A DNA stretch of 63,266 nucleotides, filler included, from Octopus bimaculoides (Eukaryota), in the NCBI RefSeq assembly GCF_001194135.2. It is 8 parts of 8 records of this genome, joined end to end, with 100 filler letters (N's around TTAATTAATTAA, not from the genome) between each part and the next. Parts side by side here need not be neighbours in the genome. Positions count along the whole stretch, not along the records: positions 32,283 to 51,469 come from NC_069006.1; positions 51,570 to 54,735 come from NC_069009.1; positions 54,836 to 57,985 come from NC_068981.1; positions 58,086 to 60,237 come from NC_068989.1; positions 60,338 to 61,674 come from NC_069005.1; positions 61,775 to 63,266 come from NC_068982.1; 2 more parts are not named here. One strand, given 5' to 3'. The notes under the pieces were generated by a model. That model was not told the origin of the DNA. It did not search any database and worked only from the letters and a program-made list of their open reading frames with translations. Position numbers and translations under genes: made by a program. Below are positions 51,241-63,010 of this stretch, one piece after another (within the stretch, counting starts at the first letter, position 1; every line of letters begins with the position of its first letter).

Positions 51241-51357
51241 AATGTGCCTATGTCTATATATATGTGCTGTGTTTCTGTGCGGGTGTGTATGTGTGTGTAT
51301 ATACATATGTGTGTGTATCTTTCTGTGTGTATGCATCTATTTGTGCGTATGTAAGTA

Positions 51358-51394
<37 letters not shown>

Positions 51395-51646
51395 GGTATC
51401 AAGAGATACCACCACGCTGAAAAAATAGCAGTCAAATCCTGACTCTAAAACCACAATGCGGACATTTATNNNNNNNNNNNNNNNNNNNNNNNNNNNNNNN
51501 NNNNNNNNNNNNNTTAATTAATTAANNNNNNNNNNNNNNNNNNNNNNNNNNNNNNNNNNNNNNNNNNNNTATATATATATATATATCTATATCTATATAT
51601 ACATATATGAATGTATATTCATATATGTATCTATGTAAACACACAC

Positions 51647-51684
<38 letters not shown>

Positions 51685-51966
51685 GTGCACACATGTATAC
51701 ATATATACAACCAGACACATATATGTGCATGCTATTAATACTGATACATTATTTACACACTTTATAAATAATGTACCAGTAATTTTCTGACATCCAGTCA
51801 ATTATCTACAACACTGCAATCACTGGAAGATAATTAGGTAATTAGTGCTGCCAACTATGTTTATCCGAGAAATGTAACATCATATATTGTGTATTAACAT
51901 AGATTTATTTCTTTACAATAATATATCAGATCACTTAATTATACGTGTAGACATATAAAAAGGGAT

Positions 51967-51997
<31 letters not shown>

Positions 51998-52214
51998 ATA
52001 AATATAAACATGTATGTATATATGTACATATATATATGTATATAGATATATATACAGGCGAAGCGATGTGCCTAAGTACAAAATAAAAGATGATTGTATC
52101 TGACCACATTTTTGCTCTTCACTGGACAATTAATGTTATGGTCGTGTTTTTTGTCTCCTTTTCTTTTTGATGTGTGTGCGTATGGTTATGTGTGTATATA
52201 CATATGAATATATA

Positions 52215-52276
<62 letters not shown>

Positions 52277-52364
52277 CATACATACATACATACGTATAGG
52301 TATGTATATGTATGTATGTTTACATATATATGTGTGTATGTATACTTATATATATGTGTGTGTG

Positions 52365-52400
<36 letters not shown>

Positions 52401-52546
52401 AAATAGGTATGTATATAATAGCTGAGAGATAGGGATAATGTCACTCAGGTACATAAGATATAGTTAGTTCAAGTATATAGTGTGAGCATGTGTGTATGTA
52501 CATACAAACATACATACATCCATATGTATGTATATATATATATAAG

Positions 52547-52581
<35 letters not shown>

Positions 52582-52732
52582 TATCTTGTGCAAATGATTA
52601 AATACCACTAGCCAATAATAGGCTTGCGATGGTAGCAACGGTGGGGTGGTGAGGCAGGACTCAAAATGGTGGTGATGTTGTGGTTGTAGTTGTTGGTGGG
52701 GCTGGGGCGGGGGGCAGTGTTTTTATGTTGTT

Positions 52733-53870
52733 GTTTAGTTCCATCTCAGTCTTGATCCAGCAGATTTATGACCAAAGATGTTCCAACTATGACCATCCCA
52801 TCTTTTATTGAGACATAGTGTATCTAGGACTACATTTTCTAATGTACAGTATATTTAGTATAAGAAGCTATAATTATTGTTGTTTAACCCCAGGTCTTTC
52901 TCAGTCCAACAGTGGTATGTTCAGAGATGTTCCAGTTGTGGCCATCCCATCTATTTAGACATTATGTATCTAGGACTACAACATCCAACGTATTGTATAG
53001 TTGTTAGTATTAGTAGCTATACTTGATGTTCTTGTTTAGCCCTAGGTCAGTCCTGATCCAGCAGACCTATGAACAAAGATGTTCCAGATGTGACCATCCC
53101 ATTTTTTATTCAGGCATAATGTATCTAGGACTACATTATCTAATGTGTAGTTTAGTAGTTAGTAGTAACTAAAGTTGTTTAGCCCCAGGTCAGATCTGAT
53201 CCATCAGACCTGTTATCAAAGGTGTCCAATTTGTGACCATCCTATCTCATATTCAGTCATAGTGTATCTAGGACTACATTATCTGATGTACAGTATAGCA
53301 GTTAACTTAAGTGGTTAAAGTTGTTGTTGTTTAGCCCCAGGTCAGTCTTGATCAAGCAGGCCTACCTATGATCAAAGATGTTCCAGTTGTGACCATCCAG
53401 ACTTTTATTCAGGCATAGTGTATCTAGGACTNNNNNNNNNNATTCCATCTGTGACCATCCAGTCTTTTATTCAGGCATAATGTATCTAGGACTACATTAT
53501 CTAATGTACAGTATAGTAGTTAGTATTAGTGGCTATAACTTTTATTGTTTAACCCTAATTCAGTCCTGATCCAGCTGACAAACCTATGATCAAAGACATT
53601 CCATCTGTGACCATCCCATCTTTTGTTCAGACACAGGGTATCTCGGACTACATTATCTAATGTATAGTATAGTAGTTAGTATTAGTGGCTATAGCTGTTG
53701 CTGTTGTTTAGCCCTGGGCCTGACACAGCAGACCTATGCTCAAAGACGTTCCACTTGTGACCATCACATCTTCTGTATATATAATGAATCTAGGATCACA
53801 TTACCCAATGTGTCTTTTTGTAAAAGAATTTGTTCTGTGATTTGAGGGACGTTTGGCTGCTATTTCTAGC
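52733..53870 (-). repeat. Tandem array (~150-bp unit, at least 8 units) derived from the SINE-F tail
   Basis: Unit starts at ~52733, 52882, 53034, 53177, 53329, (gap), 53547, 53706; invariant core GTATCTAGGACTACA; the last unit continues into the F body. Confidence 0.9.
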
Positions 53871-53914
53871 ATAGGGACTACGCAGACAAAATGACAAATG
53901 ATTAGATGTGAGAG

Positions 53915-54735
53915 GTAATAGTGGTGGTGTGGATATGTTGTGGTGGTGGTAGTGGTATTGTTCAGTAGTTGCGGTGTGGTTGAGTGGTGGTGGTTGTGGT
54001 GGTCATGTTAGAAGTGGTGGTGATGGTGATTGCTATGATGCTGATGATGATGGTGGTAGCAATAGTGGTTGTGGCGTTTGTGCTGGTGACGGTGGTGGGG
54101 TTTGTGGCAGTGGTGTTGGTGGTGATGGTTGTGGTAATAGTGGTAGTGTTGAGTGATGGTGGTAGCTGTAGTGGTGGTGGTGGTGGTAGTGGTAGTTGGC
54201 GTGTTAGTATTTAGTGTTAGTAATACAACTATCAACACAACTACCACCTACACCACCACCACCACTACATCCAACACAACTACCACCTACACCACCACCA
54301 CCACTACATCCAACACAACTACCACCTATACTACAACCACCACAACCAACACAACAACCACTACCAGCAACAGAAGTACCAACTAAATACGTGCTGACAC
54401 CACCACTACTACAACCACCACTACTACAGTTACTGCAGTCCAACACAACTACCGCCACTACAGTCACCATCATCAACAAAACCAGCACACAACTGCCACC
54501 AACACACCAACACAAAAGCTACCTACTGTACCACTAACACAACTACCACCAGTACTGTCGATACAACCTTGACCAATACAACCACTGTCACCAACACAAC
54601 CACCACCACTACCACCAATACAACAACCAACACAACCACCACCACTACCACCGACACAACCACCACCACTACCACCCACACAACCACCCTCACTACCACC
54701 CACACAACCACCCTCACTACCACCCACACAACCAC
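53915..54735. repeat. (GGT)n-rich tract switching to an (ACC)n-rich tract with 39-bp and 24-bp minisatellite units
   Basis: 39-bp CCACCACTACATCCAACACAACTACCACCTACACCACCA occurs about 3 times. Confidence 0.9.
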
Positions 54736-55577
54736 NNNNNNNNNNNNNNNNNNNNNNNNNNNNNNNNNNNNNNNNNNNNTTAATTAATTAANNNNNNNNN
54801 NNNNNNNNNNNNNNNNNNNNNNNNNNNNNNNNNNNTATGTATATAGATATGTATATTTTTCTGAATCTTTAGATTCTTCAATATGCTAGGCAACTGGTTT
54901 AAAATTGATATTACTTAAATTAATACTCAATTTTTCACTCTTGTTATTTAAATTTAAATAACCATGTTCTCTAACCGGCAAAATTCACTGCAGAATTATT
55001 TCCGGTACTTGGCACGCCAAAACGAAGACTTTTGAATTATAACCCCCAAATGTAAGTGGTAGAAGTATATACATGTTCAATCTCATGCGAATGTCTCGTG
55101 TATAATTCTGCAACTTATATTGCTATGGCTATCACATTGAAGAGTTGCGGATATTACGTAAGTGGTAACAACGAAACCGGTCTGTGATTAATCTTTATAT
55201 TTTGTATCTTTTCATTTTGTCTTCCTCGCTTACGTTTTGGCGTTTGCTGAATTTTCTTGAGAATAATCTCTTCTTGGTGGTCAGACCATAAGTGGTCTAC
55301 TTCTAGCATAATGAATGTCCACTTAGTGGTCATCCCTTTTGTATGTATATATATATATATACCTTTCCGTATTGGATTGGTAGGGATGTACAACCCTATC
55401 GGGTACCGTATTCATTTTTACCGGTTAATAAATGTGGCTAGCCTCCGTGAGCGTAGAAAAACTCCAGTTCGTTTATTTTACTATCCTCGGTAGATCATCA
55501 CATCGGTAAATCCACATGTCTCTATAGAGACTGCATATTGTCTGTAGAGAAGAAATATTAAATTAATAATAAGCAGA

Positions 55578-55620
<43 letters not shown>

Positions 55621-55794
55621 AATAGTATATTTCTAAATTTCTCAGAGGGATTTATGCAGTAGTGATACGATGAAGTAGCTGTATGCTGTCAACTTAACGT
55701 GAAAGTCCCATGAAGGGAATAATACTACCTTGGCACATTTCCTGTGTCCTTATATTTTGAAAAGGGGGAGACAAGCACCTCCACCCAGCTAAAC

Positions 55795-55857
55795 CTGCAT
55801 CCAGAGACTAGTTTCTGAGTCTTGATTCTCCATCCAGAAACTAGTCTCTGGATGCAG
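55795..55857. repeat. Perfect 23-bp inverted repeat, 17-bp loop
   Basis: CTGCATCCAGAGACTAGTTTCTG / CAGAAACTAGTCTCTGGATGCAG. Confidence 0.95.
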
Positions 55858-55859
55858 AA

Positions 55860-56963
55860 AAAGGTAATTAAAGTTCATTAAAATGACAGTTCTATCGGAC
55901 ATTCAAAGAGGTCAAATTGTTGGTACTCTTATGGCAGGCGCTAGCGTAACGAAGACAGCCAAAGTGTTTGGTTTATCAAGAAGTACTGTCTCGAAAATAA
56001 TGACAGCTTTTGAGAAAGAGGAAAAAACGTCCTCGTCGAAACAAAGCTGCGGAAGAAAACCAAATCATTCAGATAGGGACCGTCGGATTCTTACGTGTAT
56101 TGATAGAAAGGATCACAAAAGAACAGCTCCCAGAATTACTACAAAGCTTAATGACCACCACGAGAACCCAGTTTCCACAAAACTGTTCGCCTGGAGCAGC
56201 ACAAAGCTGGATGTCACGGAAGGGCTGCAATAAGAAAAGAATTATTTTCAAAAACAAATGTTGCAAAGCATTTACAGTGGAGTAAGAACCTACAGACGTG
56301 CTCCCTAGAGCAGTGGAAGAATGTTATTTTCTTGGACGAGTCATCCTATACCTTATTTCTAATCATCGTCCGAGTATACGTGTAGAGACAGCCAAAAGTA
56401 GCATTTGACCCAGACTGCCTTCTTCAACTGTCAAACATGGAGGAGGATCTGTGATGATCTGGGGACTATACCTAGGAAATCCGTCGGCTCAGTGGCTTCT
56501 CTTTATGGCAGAATTAATAGTCAAGACTATTTAAATATTTTATCTGATCAAATTCATACTATTGTTGCGGAACTGCTTCGGAGGGAAACGCAATCTCTCA
56601 GGATGCTAATGCACCATTTGTCACAGCTAAAGTTGTTACTGAATGGCACTAGGAACATTCTAGTGAAGTTGAACATCGTACCTGGCCACCACAGTCCCCG
56701 GATATCAATATTATTGAACATTTTTGGTGAATTTTAGAAAAACAAGTAAGGAGTCGATATCCTCCACCATCATCACTCCAGGAACTGGAGACTATTTTAG
56801 CTGAAGAATGGACAAGTTTCCTTTGGAAACAATTCAAACTTTATACGAGTCCATAGCTCGTAGAGTTCAAGCTGTAATTACTGCCAAAGGCGGTCCTACC
56901 CTATATTAAAATAAATTTGTTTGAAATTTTAAGGTGTTTTCATTATTTTGGCCAACCCCTGTA
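55860..56963 (+). mobile_element. Tc1-like transposon: disrupted transposase (55883-56909), right TIR present, left TIR absent
   Basis: MTVLSDIQRGQIVG HTH..GRK..WKNVIFLDES..(TVK)HGGGSVMIWG..QDANAP..WPPQSPDINIIEHFW..AKGGPTLY*; several frameshifts and stops. Right end GGTGTTTTCATTATTTTGGCCAACCCCTG plus TA. Confidence 0.92.
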
Positions 56964-57409
56964 TTTGTTTGTATAACACATACATATACGTGTGTGTATT
57001 TGTGTGCGTGTGTGTATATGCGTGTGTATGCCTGTAAGTATGTATGTACGCATGTATACAATAGAATTCTGTCAGTGCACATTGCCATTTCCACTCTCAG
57101 GCTGTGGTCGGCGCCAGGCTACAGCAGAAGACACTCGCTCAATGTACAGCATCTTGCGAGTGAAACAGAAGCCATGTAGTTGGAAAGAAAAATTTCTTAC
57201 CGCACACCTCAGTATAAATATATAAAAATATAAATACGCTTGAAATACAAACAGGTAAAATAGAACTCACAATATGAGTATATAATATATATTTACATTA
57301 ATATCGATATATGTTTATTTATAAATAATAAATAATATATCTGGCCACTGACCCTTAAGTTTGAAACGTATAAAAGTATATATATATATGTATACACTAT
57401 TTTACTATT

Positions 57410-57613
57410 TTTCTCTTTTATTTCTCTTTGTCTTTTGACTGCGGCTAAGCTGGGGCACTGTCTTTAGTCGAACAAATCGACCCCACAACTTATTTTTGTA
57501 AGTCTAGTACTTATTCTTTCGCTCTCTTTTGTCGAACAACTAAGTTACGTAAACACACCATCATCGGTTTTTACCAATGGTGAGGGGACAAACACAGACA
57601 CACAAACAATCAC

Positions 57614-57653
<40 letters not shown>

Positions 57654-57832
57654 CACACACACATTTACGACGGGCTCCTTTCAGTTTCCATCAAACAAAT
57701 CCACTAACAAGGCTTTGATCGACCAGAAGCTATAGTAGAAGATACCTGCCCAAGGTGCCACGCAGTGGAACTGAACCCAGGACCATGTGGCTGGTAAGCA
57801 AGCTACTCAGAACACAGCCACTCCTGCGCCTA
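57410..57832 (-). mobile_element. SINE A (a degenerate partial copy also lies at 57075-57210)
   Basis: Head, internal (CA)n and tail. Confidence 0.88.
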
Positions 57833-58152
57833 GACGAACTACTAGCGTTCTACCTCAGATTTGCGTTTGGCCGTACGGCTTTTGAATGTTGTTTTCACTG
57901 TCCATTTTTTCCTGTCTTGGTTTGTGTTTGCCACCTTGGAATCCTCTGTGTAGTTGGTTGATCCACTACTCAGGAAGAGACTATTNNNNNNNNNNNNNNN
58001 NNNNNNNNNNNNNNNNNNNNNNNNNNNNNTTAATTAATTAANNNNNNNNNNNNNNNNNNNNNNNNNNNNNNNNNNNNNNNNNNNNAATATATATATAAAT
58101 ATATAATATATCATATATATATTTATATATATTATATACATATTTATATATA

Positions 58153-58204
<52 letters not shown>

Positions 58205-58294
58205 ATATATATAATATATTATAAATATATAATATATATACATATATCAAATGGCGACAATTTACCCATCGTACCCTGTATATGCATATATATC

Positions 58295-58479
58295 ATCGTC
58301 ATCATCATCATCATTTAACGTCCGCTTTCCATGCTAGCATGGGTTGGACGATTTGACTGAGGACTGGTGCATCCGGATGGCTACACCAGGCTCCAATCTA
58401 ATTTGGCAGAGTTTCTACAGCTGGATGCCCTTCCTAACGCCAACCACTCAGAGAGTGTAGTGGGTACTTTTACGTGTCA

Positions 58480-58485
<6 letters not shown>
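58295..58485 (-). mobile_element. Short retroposon family D, second young copy
   Basis: Near-identical to 11905-12098, with the same endpoint GTGTCACCCGCA. Confidence 0.85.
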
Positions 58486-58532
<47 letters not shown>

Positions 58533-58924
58533 ATATACATATACATATCTGAAGTTTACCAATGATCATTATGCCGATAGGTAACTGGACAGAATAAATT
58601 TGCAATCTAAAAATCTCTTTGAATAACCAACCACTTATCTAGGAAGGCCTTGAAATCAATGTTCCATCTGCGGACTATCTCTGATAATAAAATGACTGAA
58701 AGGATATCTGCAACCAAATAACTTTACTCAACACTTTGCAACTGAATCAGTGGAGGCAAAGATGCCTCTCCTTTACTTGACAATTTATGCACCACATTGC
58801 AGAAAGCAAAGTCTTACACTGTTGTATCACTGAATTACAAATTACGCTCATCTTTTTATGCTTGGGTGATCCTACAGCTTCCAAGAGTACAATCGTATTC
58901 ATCTTGGCTGAGGAAAAATGACCA

Positions 58925-59470
58925 ATTTGTGGGTGTTAAATCCCCATTAAGGGGTGTTTCTAACTTCTAGGAATTTGAAATTTTAGAAATATTGCTTCAT
59001 TTATGTGTAATATCTATGGTTAAAATTTCATCAACAGCAAAAATATATGAATTTTCATGAGGGTTATGGCCTCATTTATGCCCCCTCACCTTCAAAGATA
59101 TACTGTATTACATCTGTCTGAATGCATAGATTGTAATTTCCAAATTTTATAAAGATCCATTCAGTATGTTTGACCTAGTTTTGGATCATAAAAAATGACT
59201 AAAATTTAGAAGTTCAGGCCCACATTAGTGGGTGTTAGAATTCTCATGAGAAGCGGAAAATTTGGGAATACTTCTTGATGTGTGTCAATTACCTATGGTT
59301 GGAATTTCATCAACATTGGAAATTTATGAATTTCATGTCTCCTTTAAGCAACCGCAAATTCAAACCAAATATATTGCATTATACCCGCCCTTATGTATTG
59401 AATTGAAGTTCCAAATATCAAAAGGATCCATTCAGTAAATATCATAAGGATCCATTCATGAAATTGTATG
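58925..59470. repeat. Diverged tandem dimer (~270-300-bp period)
   Basis: GTGGGTGTTA at 58929/59228; CTATGGTT..AATTTCATCAACA at 59014/59293; TTCCAAAT..AAAGATCCATTCAGTA at 59138/59409. Confidence 0.75.
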
Positions 59471-59539
59471 AAACATACAGCATTACCCTTCTCCCTAGGC
59501 TTGGATTTTGTGTTGGGCCTCACAGAAGCAATAATGAAT

Positions 59540-59782
59540 GACCGAGACCTTTGGCATTATGCCATGCTTGAGAAGAAGATCCATCAAGTCAAATAAAATC
59601 GCAACCATGGCAGATACTGGTGTCGTGCAAATGACACCCATGCTGGTGGCATGTAAAAGCACCTATTACATACTTGGAGTGGTTTGTATTAGGAAAGGTA
59701 TCCAGCTGTAGAAACCATGCCAAATCAGACTGGAGTTTGGTGCAGCCTTGCCAGCATGGACAATGAGCATTAAATGATAATG

Positions 59783-59785
<3 letters not shown>
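59540..59785 (+). mobile_element. Older, longer family-D copy
   Basis: GGTGGCATGTAAAAGCACC..AGGAAAGGTATCCAGCTGTAGAAACC..(ATG) tail. Confidence 0.7.
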
Positions 59786-59864
<79 letters not shown>

Positions 59865-60337
59865 ATATATACACACACAAAATATGGGGGTTTAGTTCAC
59901 AGGTGATCTAAATGATTAGGTACATTGGGTAAGTGCTGTAACAGATTACCAGGGCCCCAAGGTCATAGCCGAGATGGGAGTTATGGAACCCTTGTAGATT
60001 TCCAATATAGCGGATATATAATTGCTAAAGAGGACAACAAACGTTGTCTTCTATGTTATTATTTCATTAATCTGTACCCTTCACATTTTCGCTATTTGTC
60101 CACAATGACGGAATATCCCATACTTTGGGATATCCCAGAAACAGCTTTGAATTTTTCCAATAATAATAACATATATGACTTGAGATGTTTGTCTTAACAT
60201 TTGTAGTCCTCTTTAACAATTATATATATATATATATNNNNNNNNNNNNNNNNNNNNNNNNNNNNNNNNNNNNNNNNNNNNTTAATTAATTAANNNNNNN
60301 NNNNNNNNNNNNNNNNNNNNNNNNNNNNNNNNNNNNN

Positions 60338-60383
<46 letters not shown>

Positions 60384-60772
60384 GTATATATATAAAATTA
60401 TGTGTGTATACATATATATATATACACACGTGTGTGCATGTATACAGATGCATTTACATATTATGTGCATATGTATATATATGTACGCATATCTATGTCA
60501 GTCTTCATGTATGTGCGTATATATGCTTATACATACATAGGTGTGTGTGTGTGTGTGTGTATACAGAGAGTTCAAACACGTTCCCACGACTAAGCAACTG
60601 AGGTATCATAGCCATCACAAGATTAGAAAAATAAATAAATATATATATAAACGAAATGAGAATGTTTAGAATAACGACATTGACTCTACATGGTGAATTT
60701 CTAGCAGAATTAAACATGTAAGCATGTTTGTCGAGGTATATATGTATATGTATATATATATGTGCGTGTGTG

Positions 60773-60821
<49 letters not shown>

Positions 60822-60839
60822 NNNNNNNNNNTGTGTGTA

Positions 60840-60871
<32 letters not shown>

Positions 60872-61009
60872 TGTGTGTGTGTGTGTGTATCATTTGCCTG
60901 CACAATGCCACCATCTTCTTGATGATATTCATGTGAAGTGAGACACCGTTGATCATATCAATCTCAAGATCATGCACTGTATGGGATTCTGAGATTGCCG
61001 CGGCAAAAA

Positions 61010-61495
61010 GTATTGTTTTAATCTTCAGGTTCCACATTTTGCTAATTTCTATTTCAAGATCTTGATACTTGCTCAGTTTTTGGTAGGTTTTGACAGACAC
61101 GTTTATATCAATTAGGACAGACATATCAATGAGGAGGCATGATTTTTGTCTGAAGTCTTTCAATATAATGTCTGGCCTATTCGCATCTATCTTTCTGTCA
61201 GTTTGAACGATGAAGTTCCAGAGGAGTGAGATGCGATCATTTTCAAGCACTGGTGGTGGTTTGTGTTCCCACCAATTTCTATCATGGTGGGGGACAGGTC
61301 CAGGTTTTTGCAAATTACCCAGTGAATACATTGTGATGCTCTATCGTGCCTGTTGAGATACTCTGTAGGCGCAAGAAGACTGCACATGGAGACAACATGA
61401 TCAATGGTTTCATTTTGTTGTTGACATACACGACATATTGGGGAGCTGCCGATCTTAAATATGTTGGCCTGGTAGTTCCTTCTAGGTAAGCGTTG
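61010..61495 (-). mobile_element. R4/Dong-type element: CCHC zinc knuckle plus RLE endonuclease domain
   Basis: QRLPRRNYQANI..CRVCQQQNETIDHVVSMCSLLAPTEYLNRHD..HW / WWEHKPPPVLENDRISLLWNFIVQTDRKIDANRPDIILKD..CLLIDMSV..N..KLSKYQDLEIEISKMWNLK (PD..D..K pattern); one frameshift. Confidence 0.92.
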
Positions 61496-61558
<63 letters not shown>

Positions 61559-61559
61559 G
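61496..61559. repeat. (TAA)n tract between two Dong-type copies
   Basis: Read directly. Confidence 0.97.
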
Positions 61560-61674
61560 TTCAGTAGTTTTATTTTTATAACATGCTTTCACTTCACTAC
61601 CGAGCGCAGTTCTGTGCGCCTTGGGTATGTGCTGTGGTTTGCTGTGGTGCTCTTATGTTTACTGTATTGAAAGT
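61560..61674 (-). mobile_element. R4/Dong-type 3' end, cut by a gap
   Basis: About 8 differences in ~110 nt from 41178-41290. Confidence 0.88.
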
Positions 61675-61774
61675 NNNNNNNNNNNNNNNNNNNNNNNNNN
61701 NNNNNNNNNNNNNNNNNNTTAATTAATTAANNNNNNNNNNNNNNNNNNNNNNNNNNNNNNNNNNNNNNNNNNNN

Positions 61775-62815
61775 TGTTACTAGGTCTTTCAAGTATAGGA
61801 ACTTGTCTTTGCCGCCTGTTCGTAATAGGCCTCAGATATTCAGTAGGAATATGGGTGTGATATCTGTGCAGGGGTTCCTGGTGTTAGCGGTGGCCATCCC
61901 TGATCCATCATCTGTGGTGGTCTTGGACAATGGTTCGTGTGGCGCTGACTCTGTACCCTCTGCATCCACGTTAACTGTTGTACCATTTTCTGGGCCATGC
62001 TTAAAAAAGCTTGCTGCTCAGCTGCTGCAGTTCGTACAGCCTCTGCATACAACCTTTTGCTGGGAGCAGAAGGAATATACGAACTTCTCTCTTTGTGAAT
62101 CCTGTTGGTTCTTGGTGGGTTATGGGTATGCAGGTTTAAGCTTTTTGTCTCCCTTTTCTGTGCTCCCGCTTATTTTGTTGTGAGTGGTTATCTACCTTGT
62201 TTAGCTGGTGGTGTTTGCAATGGGCAAACTTGCAGTTTCGTCCCTTTTCCCAGTGCCAACAGGTACCATTTAGGTAGAATTTACTGATAATCTGTTTCTT
62301 TTTCTTTGCATAATGTGCTTGGGCTTGAAGCCTGTTTGTGTTCACTGTCTCCTTGTCTGTTCTCCTGTCTCTGTCGTTTGGTGTGGTGCTGCGTTGGCTG
62401 CATTCACCATGGCCATTGCAGCCTTCAGCAGTGACTACAGCACTGGTGGCATTTGCCTTGTTTTGGTCATCCGTTTGGCCCTCCTGAGCCTGAGCACAGT
62501 GTGCAGGGTCTTCATTGTCCTTTTTAGAGTCTGTGTCTCTCATAATGCCTTCTAGGAGGTCAAGGTGTGGTTTTATGAGTTTGTAGGAGCGAATGATCTC
62601 CTGTTTCTTTCAATCAATTTGAGCCATTGATCTGTGGAAATTATACCTATCCAAGGGTTCAGCTATTAGATCATTTGCTGGTGATCCTTTGGCCAGGTTC
62701 CATGCTTGTACAAGAAGGTGAATTTCCTCTAATTGCCACTTTCGGCGCATCTTCTTCTTCTTGTTAGCTTCAATTTGGCGCTGTATAAAGCTTCGTCTGC
62801 TGGTATCCATGGTGC
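61775..62815 (-). mobile_element. APE-type LINE 5' portion: ORF1 with CCCH-type finger and start of the ORF2 endonuclease
   Basis: ORF1 starts at 62810 (MDTSRRSF..) with frameshifts and includes (S)KFYLNGTCWHWEKGRNCKFAH and a later QQAFLSMAQKM. Overlapping ORF2 starts PIFLLNI*GLLRTGGKDKFLYLKDLV (APE-type N-terminal NI.GL motif). Confidence 0.7.
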
Positions 62816-62970
62816 ACGGTATTTGAGAGAGAGGTTATCTTAGAGTATAGAGAAATACTAATAGAAAGAAAGAAAAGAGGATAAAGAGGGGAGGGAGAAT
62901 ACGAAGTAGAGAGAATGTACAGGAATAGAGAATTCGTACAGAGTACGAAATAGGGAATTTTGATAGATAG

Positions 62971-63010
<40 letters not shown>

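Noticed and set aside
54214-54787. Pro/Thr-rich mucin- or extensin-like ORFs (also 29924-30777)
   Set aside because: All frames on both strands give low-complexity ORFs, with no splice or signal-peptide support; explained by ACC minisatellites.
59925-60197. 90-aa ORF MGKCCNRLPG.. and nearby TGG|GTAAGT donor
   Set aside because: No recognisable motif; the implied 26-nt exon has stops in all three frames.
60890-61010. Continuation of ORF 60666-61331 after ..KIKTIL as part of the RLE protein
   Set aside because: It departs from the expected IPIIVGALG motif; unrelated sequence and microsatellite extend the frame by chance.
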